From NCBI GenBank assembly GCA_977017645.1, contig OZ360219.1, forward strand, positions 1,984,001 through 2,048,000: a stretch of DNA of 64,000 bases, given 5' to 3'. A program made the position numbers and the translations under genes. Source of the stretch: Torpedo marmorata (lineage: Eukaryota). Below, one piece after another: positions 9,640 through 21,127 of this stretch. Below the pieces are notes generated by a model, which saw only the letters and a list, made by a program, of their open reading frames with translations, ran no database searches and was not told the DNA's origin. Within the stretch, counting starts at the first letter, position 1, and each line of letters starts with the position of its first letter.

Positions 9640-10238
9640 GACGCCCTTCTGCAGTTGTACTGGGCCCTGGTGAGACCTCACCTGGAGTATTGTGTCCAGT
9701 TCTGGTCTCCAAATTTGAGGAAGGACATACTAGCTATAGAGGGTGTGCAACGCAGATTTACAAGGTTAGTTCCAGGGATGGCAGGGTTGACATATGCTGA
9801 AAGGTTAGAAAAACTGGACTTATATCCGATGGAGTTTAGAAGGATGAGGGGGAACATGATTGAGGTATACAAGATTATCAAGGGGATAGACAGGGTGAAT
9901 TCGGATTACTTGTTCCCAATGATGGGAGAGACGAGGACTAGAGGGCATAGTTTAAGAATACAGGGAAGGTCCTTTAGGATGGAGATGAGGAAAAATATTT
10001 TTATCCAGAGAAGTGTGAATCTGTGGAATGCTCTACCACAGAGGGTGGTAGAGGCAGATTCGCTGATTATGTTCAAAAGAGAGTTAGATAAGACTCTAGT
10101 GGGCAGAGGAGTTAAGGGTTATGGGGATAAGGCTGGAAAGGGGTACTGATAGTAGTGATCAGCTATGATCTGTAAAATGGCGGTGCTGGCTCGACGGGCC
10201 GAAGGGCCTACTCCAGCTCCTATTGTCTATTGTCTATT
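9640..10238 (+). mobile_element. CR1 LINE right half with 3' tail
   Basis: ORF 9655-10149 (LVRPHLEYCVQFWSP..TRTRGH..NLWNALP); terminal (ctattgt)n repeat. Confidence 0.9.
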
Positions 10239-10559
10239 TGGATCACTCTCCATATTTTTGCAGTTAATGATAAAGATAACAAGTTTATTGCCATATGCAA
10301 TGTACAATGAACCAATATTCTTACTTGCTGTAGCCAAGTGTATTTCATGGAAAAGGAGTACAAAATAAAATACCACAATACAATATATACCGTAAATTAA
10401 ATTGAAAAGAGACAACAAATACAAAAGATCAGTAATAAATATTCTCTGTGATCTCAATGTAAGAAATAAAGGATATTGCAACAGTACAGACCATCCTTTT
10501 GTGGTGTTGGAGAAGTTCCTGAATCATGTAACAACATGACGTTCATGTGCTTGATAGTA

Positions 10560-11240
10560 GTTCTTGAAGAGATTGTGAGTAGGGTGATGGACGTCCTTTA
10601 TGATGTTGTCTGCCTTCTTGAGGTCAGCACCTCACATAAATATCTTCAATGGTAGGGAGGTCAGAGCCTGTGATAGACCTCGCCACGTTTGCTACTTTCT
10701 GTATTCTTTTGCTTTCCTGCCATTCAAACTCCTAAACCAGGCTGTGATGGAACCAGTCAGTAAACTTTCCACAGTGCACCTGTCGAAGTTTGATAGAGTG
10801 TTTGATGACATACCAAATCTCCTCAGACTTAGAAACTAGAGGCATTGGTGTGTCTTCTTCATGGTTGCCTCGATGTGCTGGCTCTAGGAGATGTCTTCTG
10901 AAATATGAACTGCCAGGAACTTGAAGGTTAGAACCCTCTCCACCTCTGCCCCATCAATGCGGACGGCTGCATGGTCCTTCAGTCTCCCCTTCTTAAAGTC
11001 AAAAATAAGCTCCTTGGTCGGTGATGTTCTTCTGGTACCATCCAACCAGAGATTCGATCTCCATCCAGTATTCTGACTCATAATTTCTAGTTATTTGGCC
11101 AACAACGGTGGTGTCCTCAGCGAATTTGTAGTTTGAGGGAGCTGAACTTGGCTATGCAGTCATGAGTGTACAGGGAATAGAGCAGGGGACTAAGCACGCA
11201 GCCTTGAGTGCCCGTGTGTTGATGGTCAGTGTGGAGGTTA
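10560..11240 (-). mobile_element. Old Rex1/Babar-type LINE fragment
   Basis: TKELIFDFKK..VERVLTFKFL motif; homologous to other Rex1-type copies in the window. Confidence 0.7.
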
Positions 11241-11609
11241 ACCAATTTCTTCCCTATAATTTTAATTCCTTAAGAAATCACATAATTTTGTTTCCTTTCT
11301 CGCAATGTAATGTTTTTATATCTTTATTTATTTGAAGATGTTTGCTCTAAATGATTGCCATGTACATTTCCTATTCCAAATCATTACAGTTGTAGACACA
11401 GCAACTGCATTTGTAAAGTGGCATTTGATTGCAAAGACTGCCTATTGAAAATCTCATAAATATAATTCAATTTATGTATTTTTTTCAACTAAGTAAAAAA
11501 ATCGATGTGGTTTGTAAGGTAGATTGAAGACATGATGAGTGAGGCAGTAGAATTGTAAATCTTATGGATAGTATTGATTTTGCATTCCTCTATACTTCAT
11601 TCTTTTGAG

Positions 11610-14063
11610 AATAACACTATAGACGGCTGTGATGCTTCACTACCCGATGAGCTGAACACCTTCTATGCCCGCTTTGAGAAGAAGAACCAAGAAGTGCCTA
11701 CTAGAATCCCTGAAAAGGCTGAGGACCCTGTGATATCTGTCTCTGAGGGCGACGTCAGAACATCATTCAAGAGGGTGAACCCTTGCAAGGCGTTAGGCCC
11801 TGACGGCGTACCTGGCAGGGGACTGAAAATCTGCGCCAACCAACTAGCCGGAGTGTTCACGGACATTTTCAACCTCTCATTGCGGCAGTCAGAGGTTCCC
11901 ACCTGCTTCAAAATGGCATCAATCATCCCGGTACCCAAGAAGAGAAGTGTGGACTGCCTCAACGACTACCGCCCAGTAGCACTAACTTCTACTGTGATGA
12001 AATGCTTTGAGAAGCTGGTCATGGCCGTACCTAAGCAAAGATCTGGACTCACTACAATTCGCCTATCGTCACAATTGCTCCTCAGCAGATGCAATATCGC
12101 TGGCTCTCCACTCAGCTCTGGATCACCTCGAAAACAGCAATTCATACATACGACTGCTCTTCATCGACTACAGCTCGGCCTTCAATACCATTATTCCCTC
12201 AGTGCTGGTCAAGAAGCAACAAACTCTAGGCCTCTGTACACCCCTCTGCAACTGGATCCTTGACTCTCTCATCGGAAGACCACAGTCAGTATGAATTGGA
12301 AACAACGTCTCCTCCTCACTGATTATCAACACAGGCACACCCCAAGGATGTGTGCTTAGCCCACTGCTCTACTCGTTATACACCCATGACTGTGTGGCCA
12401 GGCACAATTCCAATGCCATATACAAGTTTGCCGATGACACCACAGTTGTCGGCAGAATCACCAACGGCAATGAGGAAGCGTACAGGAGGGAGATAGATCA
12501 GCTCGTTGAATGGTGTAACGACAACAACCTTGCGCTCAACGTCAGCAAAACCAAGGAGATGATTGTGGACTGCAGGAGGAAGTCAGGGGAACATGACCCA
12601 GTCCTCATCGAGGGCTCAGTAGTGGAGAGGGTCAAGAACTTCAAATTCCTGGGTGTCAACATCTCCGAGGATCTATCCTGGAGCCTCCACGTTGGTGCAA
12701 TCACAAAGAAGGCTCGTCAGCGGCTATACTTTGTGAGGTGTCTGAGGAGATTCGGTATGTCACCGAAGACTCTCGTAAACTTCTACAGGTGTACCATGGA
12801 AAGTATTCTGGCTGGTTTCATCACTGCCTGGTTTGGAGGCGCCAACTTTCAGGACAAGAATAAACTAAAAGAATCAACCTGGTTATGCTCCAAGGTTAAA
12901 TTCTTTTGAATGGAATTAGGGAATTTGTTAAAACAAATTATGGGTGTTACATTTCCACAAAACCATGATTTATTCTTATTAGTGAATGTGGAAGGAACTA
13001 GTCCAAAATTGAAGTTATCAACATATCAATTGAAATTTGTAAAAATCACTTTAGCAGTAGCAAGGAAGTGTATAGCAGTAACTTGGAAATCAGATATAAA
13101 TTTAGGTATGGAAAGATGGAATATAGAGATGCAGAGTTTTTCATTGGAAAAAATAACATATAATATAGAAAATAAATATGGGGCATTTTTGTAAATTTGG
13201 TGTCCATTTATCCAATCATTAGGTATGAATATGTAAATGTGTTGCGCCACATCCTTGACCCTACTGACTCTCTCAAATTTAAATAATAAAAATATTGTTG
13301 AAAACCTTGCGTCGAACTGTGAATGCCTGAGCAATCCGTACAGATGTTTCTTATAAGTAATATTATATTACTTTCTTTTTTTCCTTCCTTCTTTTCAGTT
13401 TTTAGGAAGGGGAGGGAATTTAAGGGGAGGGAATGGGTGGAGGGTGGGATTAGAAATATTAAATATTAAGTAATAATTTTAAATTGAAATATTTGAAAAT
13501 TTTATAAGGGATTGGGGGGTTAAGGGAAGGGGTAGATACACTATGTAATACAAATATAATTATAAAAGATTTTTCTGAAATTAACAATGTATATTATTCA
13601 CGTATGTATTACTGTGTGAAAATTTAAAATTTAAAATAAAATATTCCAAAAAAAAAGAATAAACTCCAGAGGGTTGTTAACTCGGCCTGTGACATCACAG
13701 GCACCAAACTTCACTCCATCGAGGACATCTACATGAGGCGGTGTCTTAAAAAAGCAGCCTCTATCCTCAAAGACCCCCACCACCCAGGCCATGCCCTCTT
13801 CACTCTGCTTCCATCGGGAAAAAGGTACAGGAGCCTAAAGACGAGCACTCAACGGCACAAGGACAGCTTCTTCCCCGCTGCCATCAGATTCCTGAATAAT
13901 CAATGAACCAAAGACACTGCCTTACTTTTCGTGCACTATTATTTATACTTTTTTATAGTAATGTCGTAAGATGGTTATAATATGAATGTTTGCACTATGA
14001 TGCTGCCGCAAAAACACCGAATTTCATGACTTGTTCATGAAAATAAGTTCTGATTCTGATTCT
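11610..14063 (+). mobile_element. Rex1/Babar-type LINE (RT plus DUF1891-like C-terminus), frameshifted and split by an L1 insertion
   Basis: ORFs 11574-12909 ([32 protein letters not shown]). Resumes at 13666; (ttctga)n tail. Confidence 0.9.
12867..13654 (+). mobile_element. 5'-truncated L1-clade LINE with poly(A)
   Basis: ORF2 C-terminus homologous to 41250-41765. 11-bp TSD AAGAATAAACT (12856-12866, 13655-13665). Confidence 0.9.
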
Positions 14064-16074
14064 ATTATTTCCCTGCTCATATTTTACATTCACAAATTCA
14101 AATATTATTTGAAATTTATTCAATCATTTCACAGAATGAAATATGATGAAATCAATGTATGAAGAAGTTGTATTTATATTGAGCTCTATCAAGTCATTTA
14201 AATGTCCCAATGCAGTTTTAAAGCCAATCACTGTTACAAAATCAACCAAGGTATATAATTTGCACAAAATAGCAGCCCAGAATATTCAATATAATGGAAG
14301 GAGTCCATAGATTGGTAGCCCACAGTAGTCCATAGATTAGTAGGAAGAAATCAGTTGTTTTGTACATCAGAGAGGTGGCAGATTGCACAGCGGTGAAGAG
14401 AAAAGACAAGTCAAGTCAAATTTATTGTCATCTGATTGCACAAGCACAATCCAACAACCCAAGAGTGGCTCCCTTCTCTTAGCCCCTCAAATAAAGAAGT
14501 AAATAGATTTGGAGCCCTCTGTGGAAATTTGGTGCCAAATTGTATTGATATAAATGGTGTAAATGCGAAATTTTGATCAGGACGCTGTTTCTATTTACAT
14601 CTGCGTAAATAGAGAGACAGAATCAGATGAGTGTTGTTTCTTAGAAATGCACCTCAGCAACAGCAAAGATGAAAATAAGTGGGTAAAGTATGAGCTGTAG
14701 GGGCTGTTTCCATGCCATATCTATCAATGACTATATAACTAGAGAAGAGTGTAACCATTCAACATCTTCAGGGCAGAAAACAACACAAGAATTAGTGAGG
14801 CATATTTAGATCAATATGGATACTAAAAGAAAGAATTATAAAGAGGAGCAGTTCAGGAGTTGTGTGTCATTGAGTATACTGTGAAGGTTGTTCACTTGGA
14901 GTCAGGTGCTGAGGTAAAGCGAAGAGTTGCCCTTTGTTGTTCCAGGTATACAGCAAAGATTTATAATGACCTTGTGATTAGCTCACAAGTGCATGTGTCA
15001 GTGGAGAATCAACAAGCACTGAGACTCAAGCTCAAATACCAAGATCAATATGAATCAGAGAAACATAATACCCCACGATTGTACGATATGGGAACTCTTC
15101 CTAATTTCAGAAACGTGCTGAGTGCTAAACTAAACCAACCAAGAATGAGTGGAATTAGTAGCCATGGACTGAAATAGGAGGAAGCAACGTCAAACTTAGT
15201 TGACCATGTACCAATACAGACGTAGTCCAGTGGAAAATAGTGTCAATAGAAAGCGACAGGTACAATGAAGTGAGCAGGAATGAGAAACATTCAGAAGAGG
15301 ATTATACAAAGGAGATTTGTATCTGTGAATAGCAGAAAGGTGCGATGCCACAATCACCAAGCTAAACAGTCAGGAAGTGGAGTTGAGATGGAACATACCA
15401 GCAGAGTAGTGGCATTGGAATGGAACGGTAGAACTGTCTCCCATAGAACAGTGCAGGCCTAATGATGAAGGAGCAAAGGAATGCTTCACCTATTGAAATA
15501 ATGAGTATGGCAAGAAATCCAATCTATTAGTAATGTACCACTGAATCAGTCAAAATGAACATTTATCTCTGTGAAAGGTTTTAATACACCCTCCAATGTA
15601 AAAGTAAATTCATATCTGCACTATATTTTCTTATTCATGAGAAATCAAGCTGATGAAAACATTTGGGGTTAAATATTAATGAAAACTATTAATGAAACAA
15701 TTTGATAAGCAGCAGAAGTGAAAGACAGATGGTGTACAGCTGAACACTTTTCGAGCAGACCCAAACTCAAGTCACAGTTTGGAATACCATATGGTGAATT
15801 TTATTGGTTTTAACTGTGAAACTGAGAAAACTGACAGAAGTGCACAACTCTTTCTACTCTTGTTAACGTGCACACAGACTGACTTTATTGGTACCAGTGT
15901 AGCTGCATCTTCGAATATCTTTGCATCATTTGAACTTTGAACATGCTGCAAGAGGGGCCATTTTTCACCCATTGACCACAGCTCCATTGTTAGTAAACTG
16001 TTAATATATAATTATACACAATGAATTAAATGTCTGTGTATATTTAGACTTGCGAGATGAATAAAAAGATATAG

Positions 16075-16274
16075 TAAAAAAGGTAAAAGTTCCATTATTG
16101 TCACGTAATACTACATTTTTAGAATGTAACATACATGAAATTCTTTAATTTTTGTCTACTGTAAGGCAGACAGAGGGTCGCTACTTTGTCCAGCGCCCCT
16201 CACAGAAACCTACAGCACCTGGTGTTCCTAGGGGGTCTCCCCTCCAAGTACTGACCAGTCCTGTGCCTGCTTAG
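16075..16274 (-). mobile_element. 5S rRNA-derived SINE (SINE3-like), 5'-truncated
   Basis: 16206-16274 on the minus strand resembles the 3' half of vertebrate 5S rRNA (ctaagcag..tggtcagtacttgga..gggagacc..accaggtgctgtagg), followed by a body and a LINE-like tail (gaatttcatg..tgacaataa). Confidence 0.75.
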
Positions 16275-16339
16275 TTGTGTCAAAGCTGTGTTAGATAAAA
16301 ATTACATTGGAGCTAATGTGTATAATATCTGAATGTTTC

Positions 16340-16777
16340 ATTGTAAAGATACAATTTAAATGCAGTATATATATAGAAGTGTCTGGGCATGCACTTTGGT
16401 AGAAGGAATAAAGTAGTGGACAATTTTATAAATGGGGAGAAAATTCAGAAAGCAGAGGTCCAAAGGGGCTTGGGAGTTCAAGTGCAGGATTCCCTAATGA
16501 CTAAATTGCAGGTTGAGTCAGTAGTAAGGAAGGCAAGTGCCTTAAGAATGAGAATATAAAAGCAAATATGCAATGCTGAGGCCTTTTAGGCATTGGTCAG
16601 ACCATATTTGGTGTATTGTGAGCAGATTTGGACCCCATATCTAAAGAACGATGTGCTGGTAATGGAAAGAGTCAGAGGAGGTTTATCAGATTGATCCCAG
16701 GGATGAGAGGTTTAACATATGAGGAGTGTTTAATTGGCTCTGGGCCTGTACTTACTAAAGTTTAGAAGGAAGAGGGG
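16340..16777 (+). mobile_element. CR1 fragment, left half (interrupted by Gypsy)
   Basis: Degenerate CR1 ORF2 that continues at 21476. Confidence 0.75.
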
Positions 16778-17054
16778 TGTGGTAAACCACTGTGCTTGTA
16801 TTGGTGGTACGTATAGGTACTGCGGGCCGGACTGATGCTACTCCCTCCCCTCCCTTGGGTGTCCAGGTAATCCCTCCCCTTTCCTCACCTGAATAAAGGC
16901 CACTGTATCTCGGCCATCCCCCTTCAGTCCGGACCTGATCGAGGAGGAAGCTCAGCTCCATTCTTAGCCAATAAAAGCCTATGATTCACTCGCTCTCACA
17001 GTCTTCGAGTTGTTATTGATAGGCCTATCAATTTTATTGGCTAAAGAACTTCTG

Positions 17055-17972
17055 ATGGAAGGAGCACTACGACCAGCTATCCTAGACCTCGACCACCTAG
17101 CCCCCGAGGCTGGTAACATCTTTGAACACTGGCTGGCCTGCCTCGAATCGTTCATGTTCACAGTGAAAGCCGAAAGTGAAGAGGAACAACTGAGAGTCCT
17201 TACCTCCAGGGTGAGCCATCGGGTGTACACGACGGTAAGAGAACACCGAACCTACACGGGAGCCATCGGGGCCCTGAAAGGAATCTACCTAGCGCCCGTC
17301 AACGCGGTCTACGCGCGATACCGGCTCTACTCACGGAGGCAGCGAACCGGGGAATCGACTGTGGAATATGTCAGGGCCATCCAGTCACTTGCACGGGCGT
17401 GCGACTGTAAAGCCCAGACTGCGGAGGAACACTTGCGAGTGGTGGAGCGAGATGCGTTCATCATGGGGCTCAGGTCGGTAGACGTGCGCCAGAGACTATT
17501 AGAGCACGCCGACCTGGACTTTGCGGGGGCGGTAGCGATGGTCAACACGCTGGAGACCGCGCAGCAGAACGCTGGTGCCATGCAGGCCCAGCCCGCAGCG
17601 TGGTCGGCCCCATCCCCTAGCCCGGTGAACGAACTGACCGCCGCCGCCGCCATCCGTGCCGACCCGATCGCGACCGCCGCCATCTGTGCCGACCCCATCG
17701 CGACCGCGATCCTCACCGCCGCTGCCGCCAGCCGCGAGCCCGAGAAGTGTTACTTCTGCGGGCTTGAAAAACACCCGCGGAAGCGCTGCCCGGCCCGCGA
17801 TGCGACTTGTTCCGGATGCGGCAGGAAAGGCCATTACATGAAGGCCTGCCGCTCCAAGTCGCGCCCGGGCCCGAGTAGCGCCGCGTGCGAGCTGCGGGGG
17901 CAGCCATCCTACCTGAATCTGCAGCAGCTTCCAGCGCCGACCTCGTGCGAGCCGCGGGGCGGCCATCTTTGA
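17055..17972 (+). CDS. gag: Gag with two zinc knuckles
   Basis: ATG at 17055; CYFCGLEKHPRKRC and CSGCGRKGHYMKAC. Confidence 0.88.
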   Translation: MEGALRPAILDLDHLAPEAGNIFEHWLACLESFMFTVKAESEEEQLRVLTSRVSHRVYTTVREHRTYTGAIGALKGIYLAPVNAVYARYRLYSRRQRTGESTVEYVRAIQSLARACDCKAQTAEEHLRVVERDAFIMGLRSVDVRQRLLEHADLDFAGAVAMVNTLETAQQNAGAMQAQPAAWSAPSPSPVNELTAAAAIRADPIATAAICADPIATAILTAAAASREPEKCYFCGLEKHPRKRCPARDATCSGCGRKGHYMKACRSKSRPGPSSAACELRGQPSYLNLQQLPAPTSCEPRGGHL

Positions 17973-20900
17973 CGCTGGCACTTCCGGAACCGGCCTCGTG
18001 TAAACCGCGGGGGCGGCCATCTTTGATGCTGGCACTTCCGGAACCGGCCTTGTGTGAGCCGCGGAGGCGGCCATCTTTGATGCTGGCACTTCCTGCACCT
18101 CCAGCATCTGTACTTCCAGCGATCCTACCGCCGCCATTTTACAGCAGCGACACGTGCGAGCCGCGGGGGCGGCCATCTTTGTCGGAGGTGGAAGAAGAAG
18201 AAGAAGAAGAAGACGATGCATACTTGTCGGCGGTGGAAGAAGAAGACGATGAATACATCGCAACTCTGGCGTCAGTCACCCTTGACCAGAGCATCCCTCA
18301 CCAGTTAGCAAGATCCATGATGGACATTCTGGTGGAGGGACACAAGACCACCTGTCTCTTCGATACGGGCAGTACGGAGAGCTTCATCCACCCGGACACT
18401 GTCCAGCGCTGTGGCCTCACGATTATACCGGTAAGCCAGAAGGTGGCCATGGCGTCTGGGGCACACACAACAGACATCCGGGGGGCTTGTGTGGCTGATA
18501 TTGTGGTACAGGGGACTAAGTACAAACATTTTTCCTTGTTAATAATGAATCGGTTATGTGCACCTGTATTGTTGGGGCTTGATTTTCAGAGTCACTTGCG
18601 CAGTGTCACGATGCGGTATGATGGTCCCCACCCTGCGATCACTGTAGTCAACCCCCAGTTCCTTAATAATGAGCCCCAGACTACCTGTGGCCTCTCCACT
18701 CTTAAGATCTCGCCTCCGTCGCTATTCGCCAACCTGACCCCGGACTGTAAGCCTGTTGCAACCATGAGCAGGCGATACAGTTCGGAGGACAGGGCGTTTA
18801 TCAGGGCGGAGGTTCAGAGGTTACTACAAGAGGGGATTATTGAAAAGAGCAATAGTCCCTGGAGGGCCCAGGTGGTCGTGGTAAAAGGGGCCAAGAGGAG
18901 GATGGTGGTGGACTACAGTCAGACGATTAACCGGTTCACCTTGTTGGACGCATACCCGCTACCAAGGATAGCGGACATGGTTAATCAGATCGCCCAGTAC
19001 AAGGTCTTTTCCACGATTGACCTGAAGTCCGCGTACCATCAGCTCCCGATCCGTCGGGAGGACCGCCAGTACACTGCGTTTGAGGCTGACGGGAAACTGT
19101 TCCACTTCCTGCGGGTCCCGTTCGGGGTTACTAACGGTGTTTCTGTGTTCCAGCGGGAGATGAATAACATTGTGGACGTGTATAAACTTAAAGCCACCTT
19201 CCCGTACCTGGACGATATCACCATCTGTGGGCTGGATCGCCAGGATCACGACACCAACCTCCGGAAGTTCCTGCAGGCGGCTAAAGCACTTAACCTAACA
19301 TATAATAAAGATAAATGTGTGTTCGGTACCACGCGCCTCGCTATTTTGGGGTACGTGGTAGAGAACGGGGTGATTGGACCAGACCCCGATCGCATGCGCC
19401 CCCTACTGGAACTTCCACTACCCTCCACCCCCAAAGCACTCAAGCGATGCCTCGGGTTCTTTTCATATTATGCACAGTGGGTACCGAATTATGCAGATAA
19501 GGCCCGACCCCTGGTGAAATCCACCGTATTCCCCCTTGGCTCGGAGGCACGTAAGGCCTTTGACCTTATAAAGGGGGACATTGCGCGAGCAACAATGCAC
19601 GCGGTGGACGAGGAGATACCTTTCCAGGTAGAGAGTGACGCATCGGACTTCGCGCTGGCTGCTACCCTCAACCAGGCGGGAAGGCCGGTGGCGTTTTTCT
19701 CGCGCACCCTTCAAGGCCCCGAAATTCGGCACTCCGCGGTGGAGAAAGAAGCCCAGGCCATCGTGGAAGCAATCAGGCACTGGAGGCACTATCTCGCCGG
19801 CAAGCATTTTACCCTGCTGACCGACCAACGCTCGGTAGCATTTATGTTCAGCAACCAGCAGCGGGGTAAGATCAAAAACGATAAGATCATGAGGTGGAGA
19901 ATAGAACTCTCCACCTACAACTACGACATCCTCTACCGGCCCGGGAAGCTCAATGAGCCCTCAGACGCTCTATCCCGGGGATCGTGCGCCAGCGCGCAGA
20001 TCGACCGATTAACTGCCCTACATGACCTCCTCTGTCACCCAGGAGTTACCAGGCTTTTTCACTTCGTGAAGGCACAGAACCTGCCATACTCCCTGGAAGA
20101 GGTCAGGGCTTTGACCAGAGACTGTCGTGTTTGCGCAGAGTGCAAACCTCAGTTCTACCGCCCGGACAGGGCACAGCTGATCAAAGCCACACGCCCCTTT
20201 GAACGTCTTAGTATTGACTTCAAGGGGCCCCTCCCCTCCACAAACCGCAACGTGTACTTCCTAAACATTGTTGACGAGTACTCGCGGTTCCCTTTTGCCA
20301 TCCCCTGCCCCGACACCTCAGTTACCTCAACCATAAAAGCTCTCCACCAGGTATTCACGCTGTTTGGGTTCCCAAACTACATACATAGCGACCGGGGAGC
20401 AGCTTTTATGAGTGAGGAGCTGCGCCGGTACCTGCAGGACCGAGGCATCGCCACTAGCAGGACAACAGCATACAACCCCCGAGGAAACGGTCAGGTGGAA
20501 AGGGAGAACGCCACGGTGTGGAAGGCCGCGCTCCTAGCCCTTAAGTCAAAGGGCTGGCCGGTCTCCCGCTGGCAGGATGTTCTCCCCGAAGCCCTCCACT
20601 CTATCCGGTCCCTTTTGTGCACTTCCACCAACGCAACTCCTCATGAACGATTTCTTTCTTTCCCTAGGAAATCGACCACCGGGACCTCCCTTCCTGCCTG
20701 GCTGATGTCCCCGGGACCAGTGCTGCTCCGGAACCACCTTCGGAGCAGCAAATATGAACCGACGGTTCAGAGGGTGCAGTTGGCGCACGCCAACCCCCAG
20801 TATGCGTACGTGGTCTTCCCGGATGGACGAGAAGACACCGTCTCCATCAGAGACCTGGCGCCTGATGGGGCGCCAGTTGGGCATTCCGACGGGCAAGTCC

Positions 20901-21127
20901 ACGTACCACAGAACACGCAGCAACCTCTTCCTAACGCCCCACCCGATGTGCTAGACCCCGCCCCCTCAACGGCATCGCAGTTGTCCCGAGAGGCCAGGCA
21001 GGAGGCGACGGCACAGACGACCCTACCACCTCCCCCGTCACTCATATCTTCCCCAGCACCACAGCCCGACCCGCCATTACGCAGGTCACAGCGAAAAATT
21101 CGGCCGCCGGATCGCCTCGATCTGTGA
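17885..21127 (+). CDS. pol: Pol polyprotein (protease, RT, RNase H, integrase)
   Basis: LFDTGS; YLDD; VESDASD; H..HPG..C..C; IDFKGP / HSDRG / GQVEREN (DDE). Confidence 0.93.
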   Translation: MRAAGAAILPESAAASSADLVRAAGRPSLTLALPEPASCKPRGRPSLMLALPEPALCEPRRRPSLMLALPAPPASVLPAILPPPFYSSDTCEPRGRPSLSEVEEEEEEEDDAYLSAVEEEDDEYIATLASVTLDQSIPHQLARSMMDILVEGHKTTCLFDTGSTESFIHPDTVQRCGLTIIPVSQKVAMASGAHTTDIRGACVADIVVQGTKYKHFSLLIMNRLCAPVLLGLDFQSHLRSVTMRYDGPHPAITVVNPQFLNNEPQTTCGLSTLKISPPSLFANLTPDCKPVATMSRRYSSEDRAFIRAEVQRLLQEGIIEKSNSPWRAQVVVVKGAKRRMVVDYSQTINRFTLLDAYPLPRIADMVNQIAQYKVFSTIDLKSAYHQLPIRREDRQYTAFEADGKLFHFLRVPFGVTNGVSVFQREMNNIVDVYKLKATFPYLDDITICGLDRQDHDTNLRKFLQAAKALNLTYNKDKCVFGTTRLAILGYVVENGVIGPDPDRMRPLLELPLPSTPKALKRCLGFFSYYAQWVPNYADKARPLVKSTVFPLGSEARKAFDLIKGDIARATMHAVDEEIPFQVESDASDFALAATLNQAGRPVAFFSRTLQGPEIRHSAVEKEAQAIVEAIRHWRHYLAGKHFTLLTDQRSVAFMFSNQQRGKIKNDKIMRWRIELSTYNYDILYRPGKLNEPSDALSRGSCASAQIDRLTALHDLLCHPGVTRLFHFVKAQNLPYSLEEVRALTRDCRVCAECKPQFYRPDRAQLIKATRPFERLSIDFKGPLPSTNRNVYFLNIVDEYSRFPFAIPCPDTSVTSTIKALHQVFTLFGFPNYIHSDRGAAFMSEELRRYLQDRGIATSRTTAYNPRGNGQVERENATVWKAALLALKSKGWPVSRWQDVLPEALHSIRSLLCTSTNATPHERFLSFPRKSTTGTSLPAWLMSPGPVLLRNHLRSSKYEPTVQRVQLAHANPQYAYVVFPDGREDTVSIRDLAPDGAPVGHSDGQVHVPQNTQQPLPNAPPDVLDPAPSTASQLSREARQEATAQTTLPPPPSLISSPAPQPDPPLRRSQRKIRPPDRLDL
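17943..18185 (+). repeat. 54-bp in-frame tandem repeat in Gag-PR linker
   Basis: Unit encodes SC(E/K)PRGRPSLMLALPEPA; the first unit is 53 bp. Confidence 0.85.

Noticed and set aside
15772-15987. 71-aa ORF in apparently unique DNA (likewise 54851-55114)
   Set aside because: No recognisable homology or convincing splice-site pair.
16206-16274. 5S rRNA gene
   Set aside because: Only the 3' half, diverged and fused to a retroposon tail.
17885-17972. Programmed -1 gag-pol frameshift
   Set aside because: No clear slippery heptamer; a 1-bp deletion in a repeat unit explains the offset.
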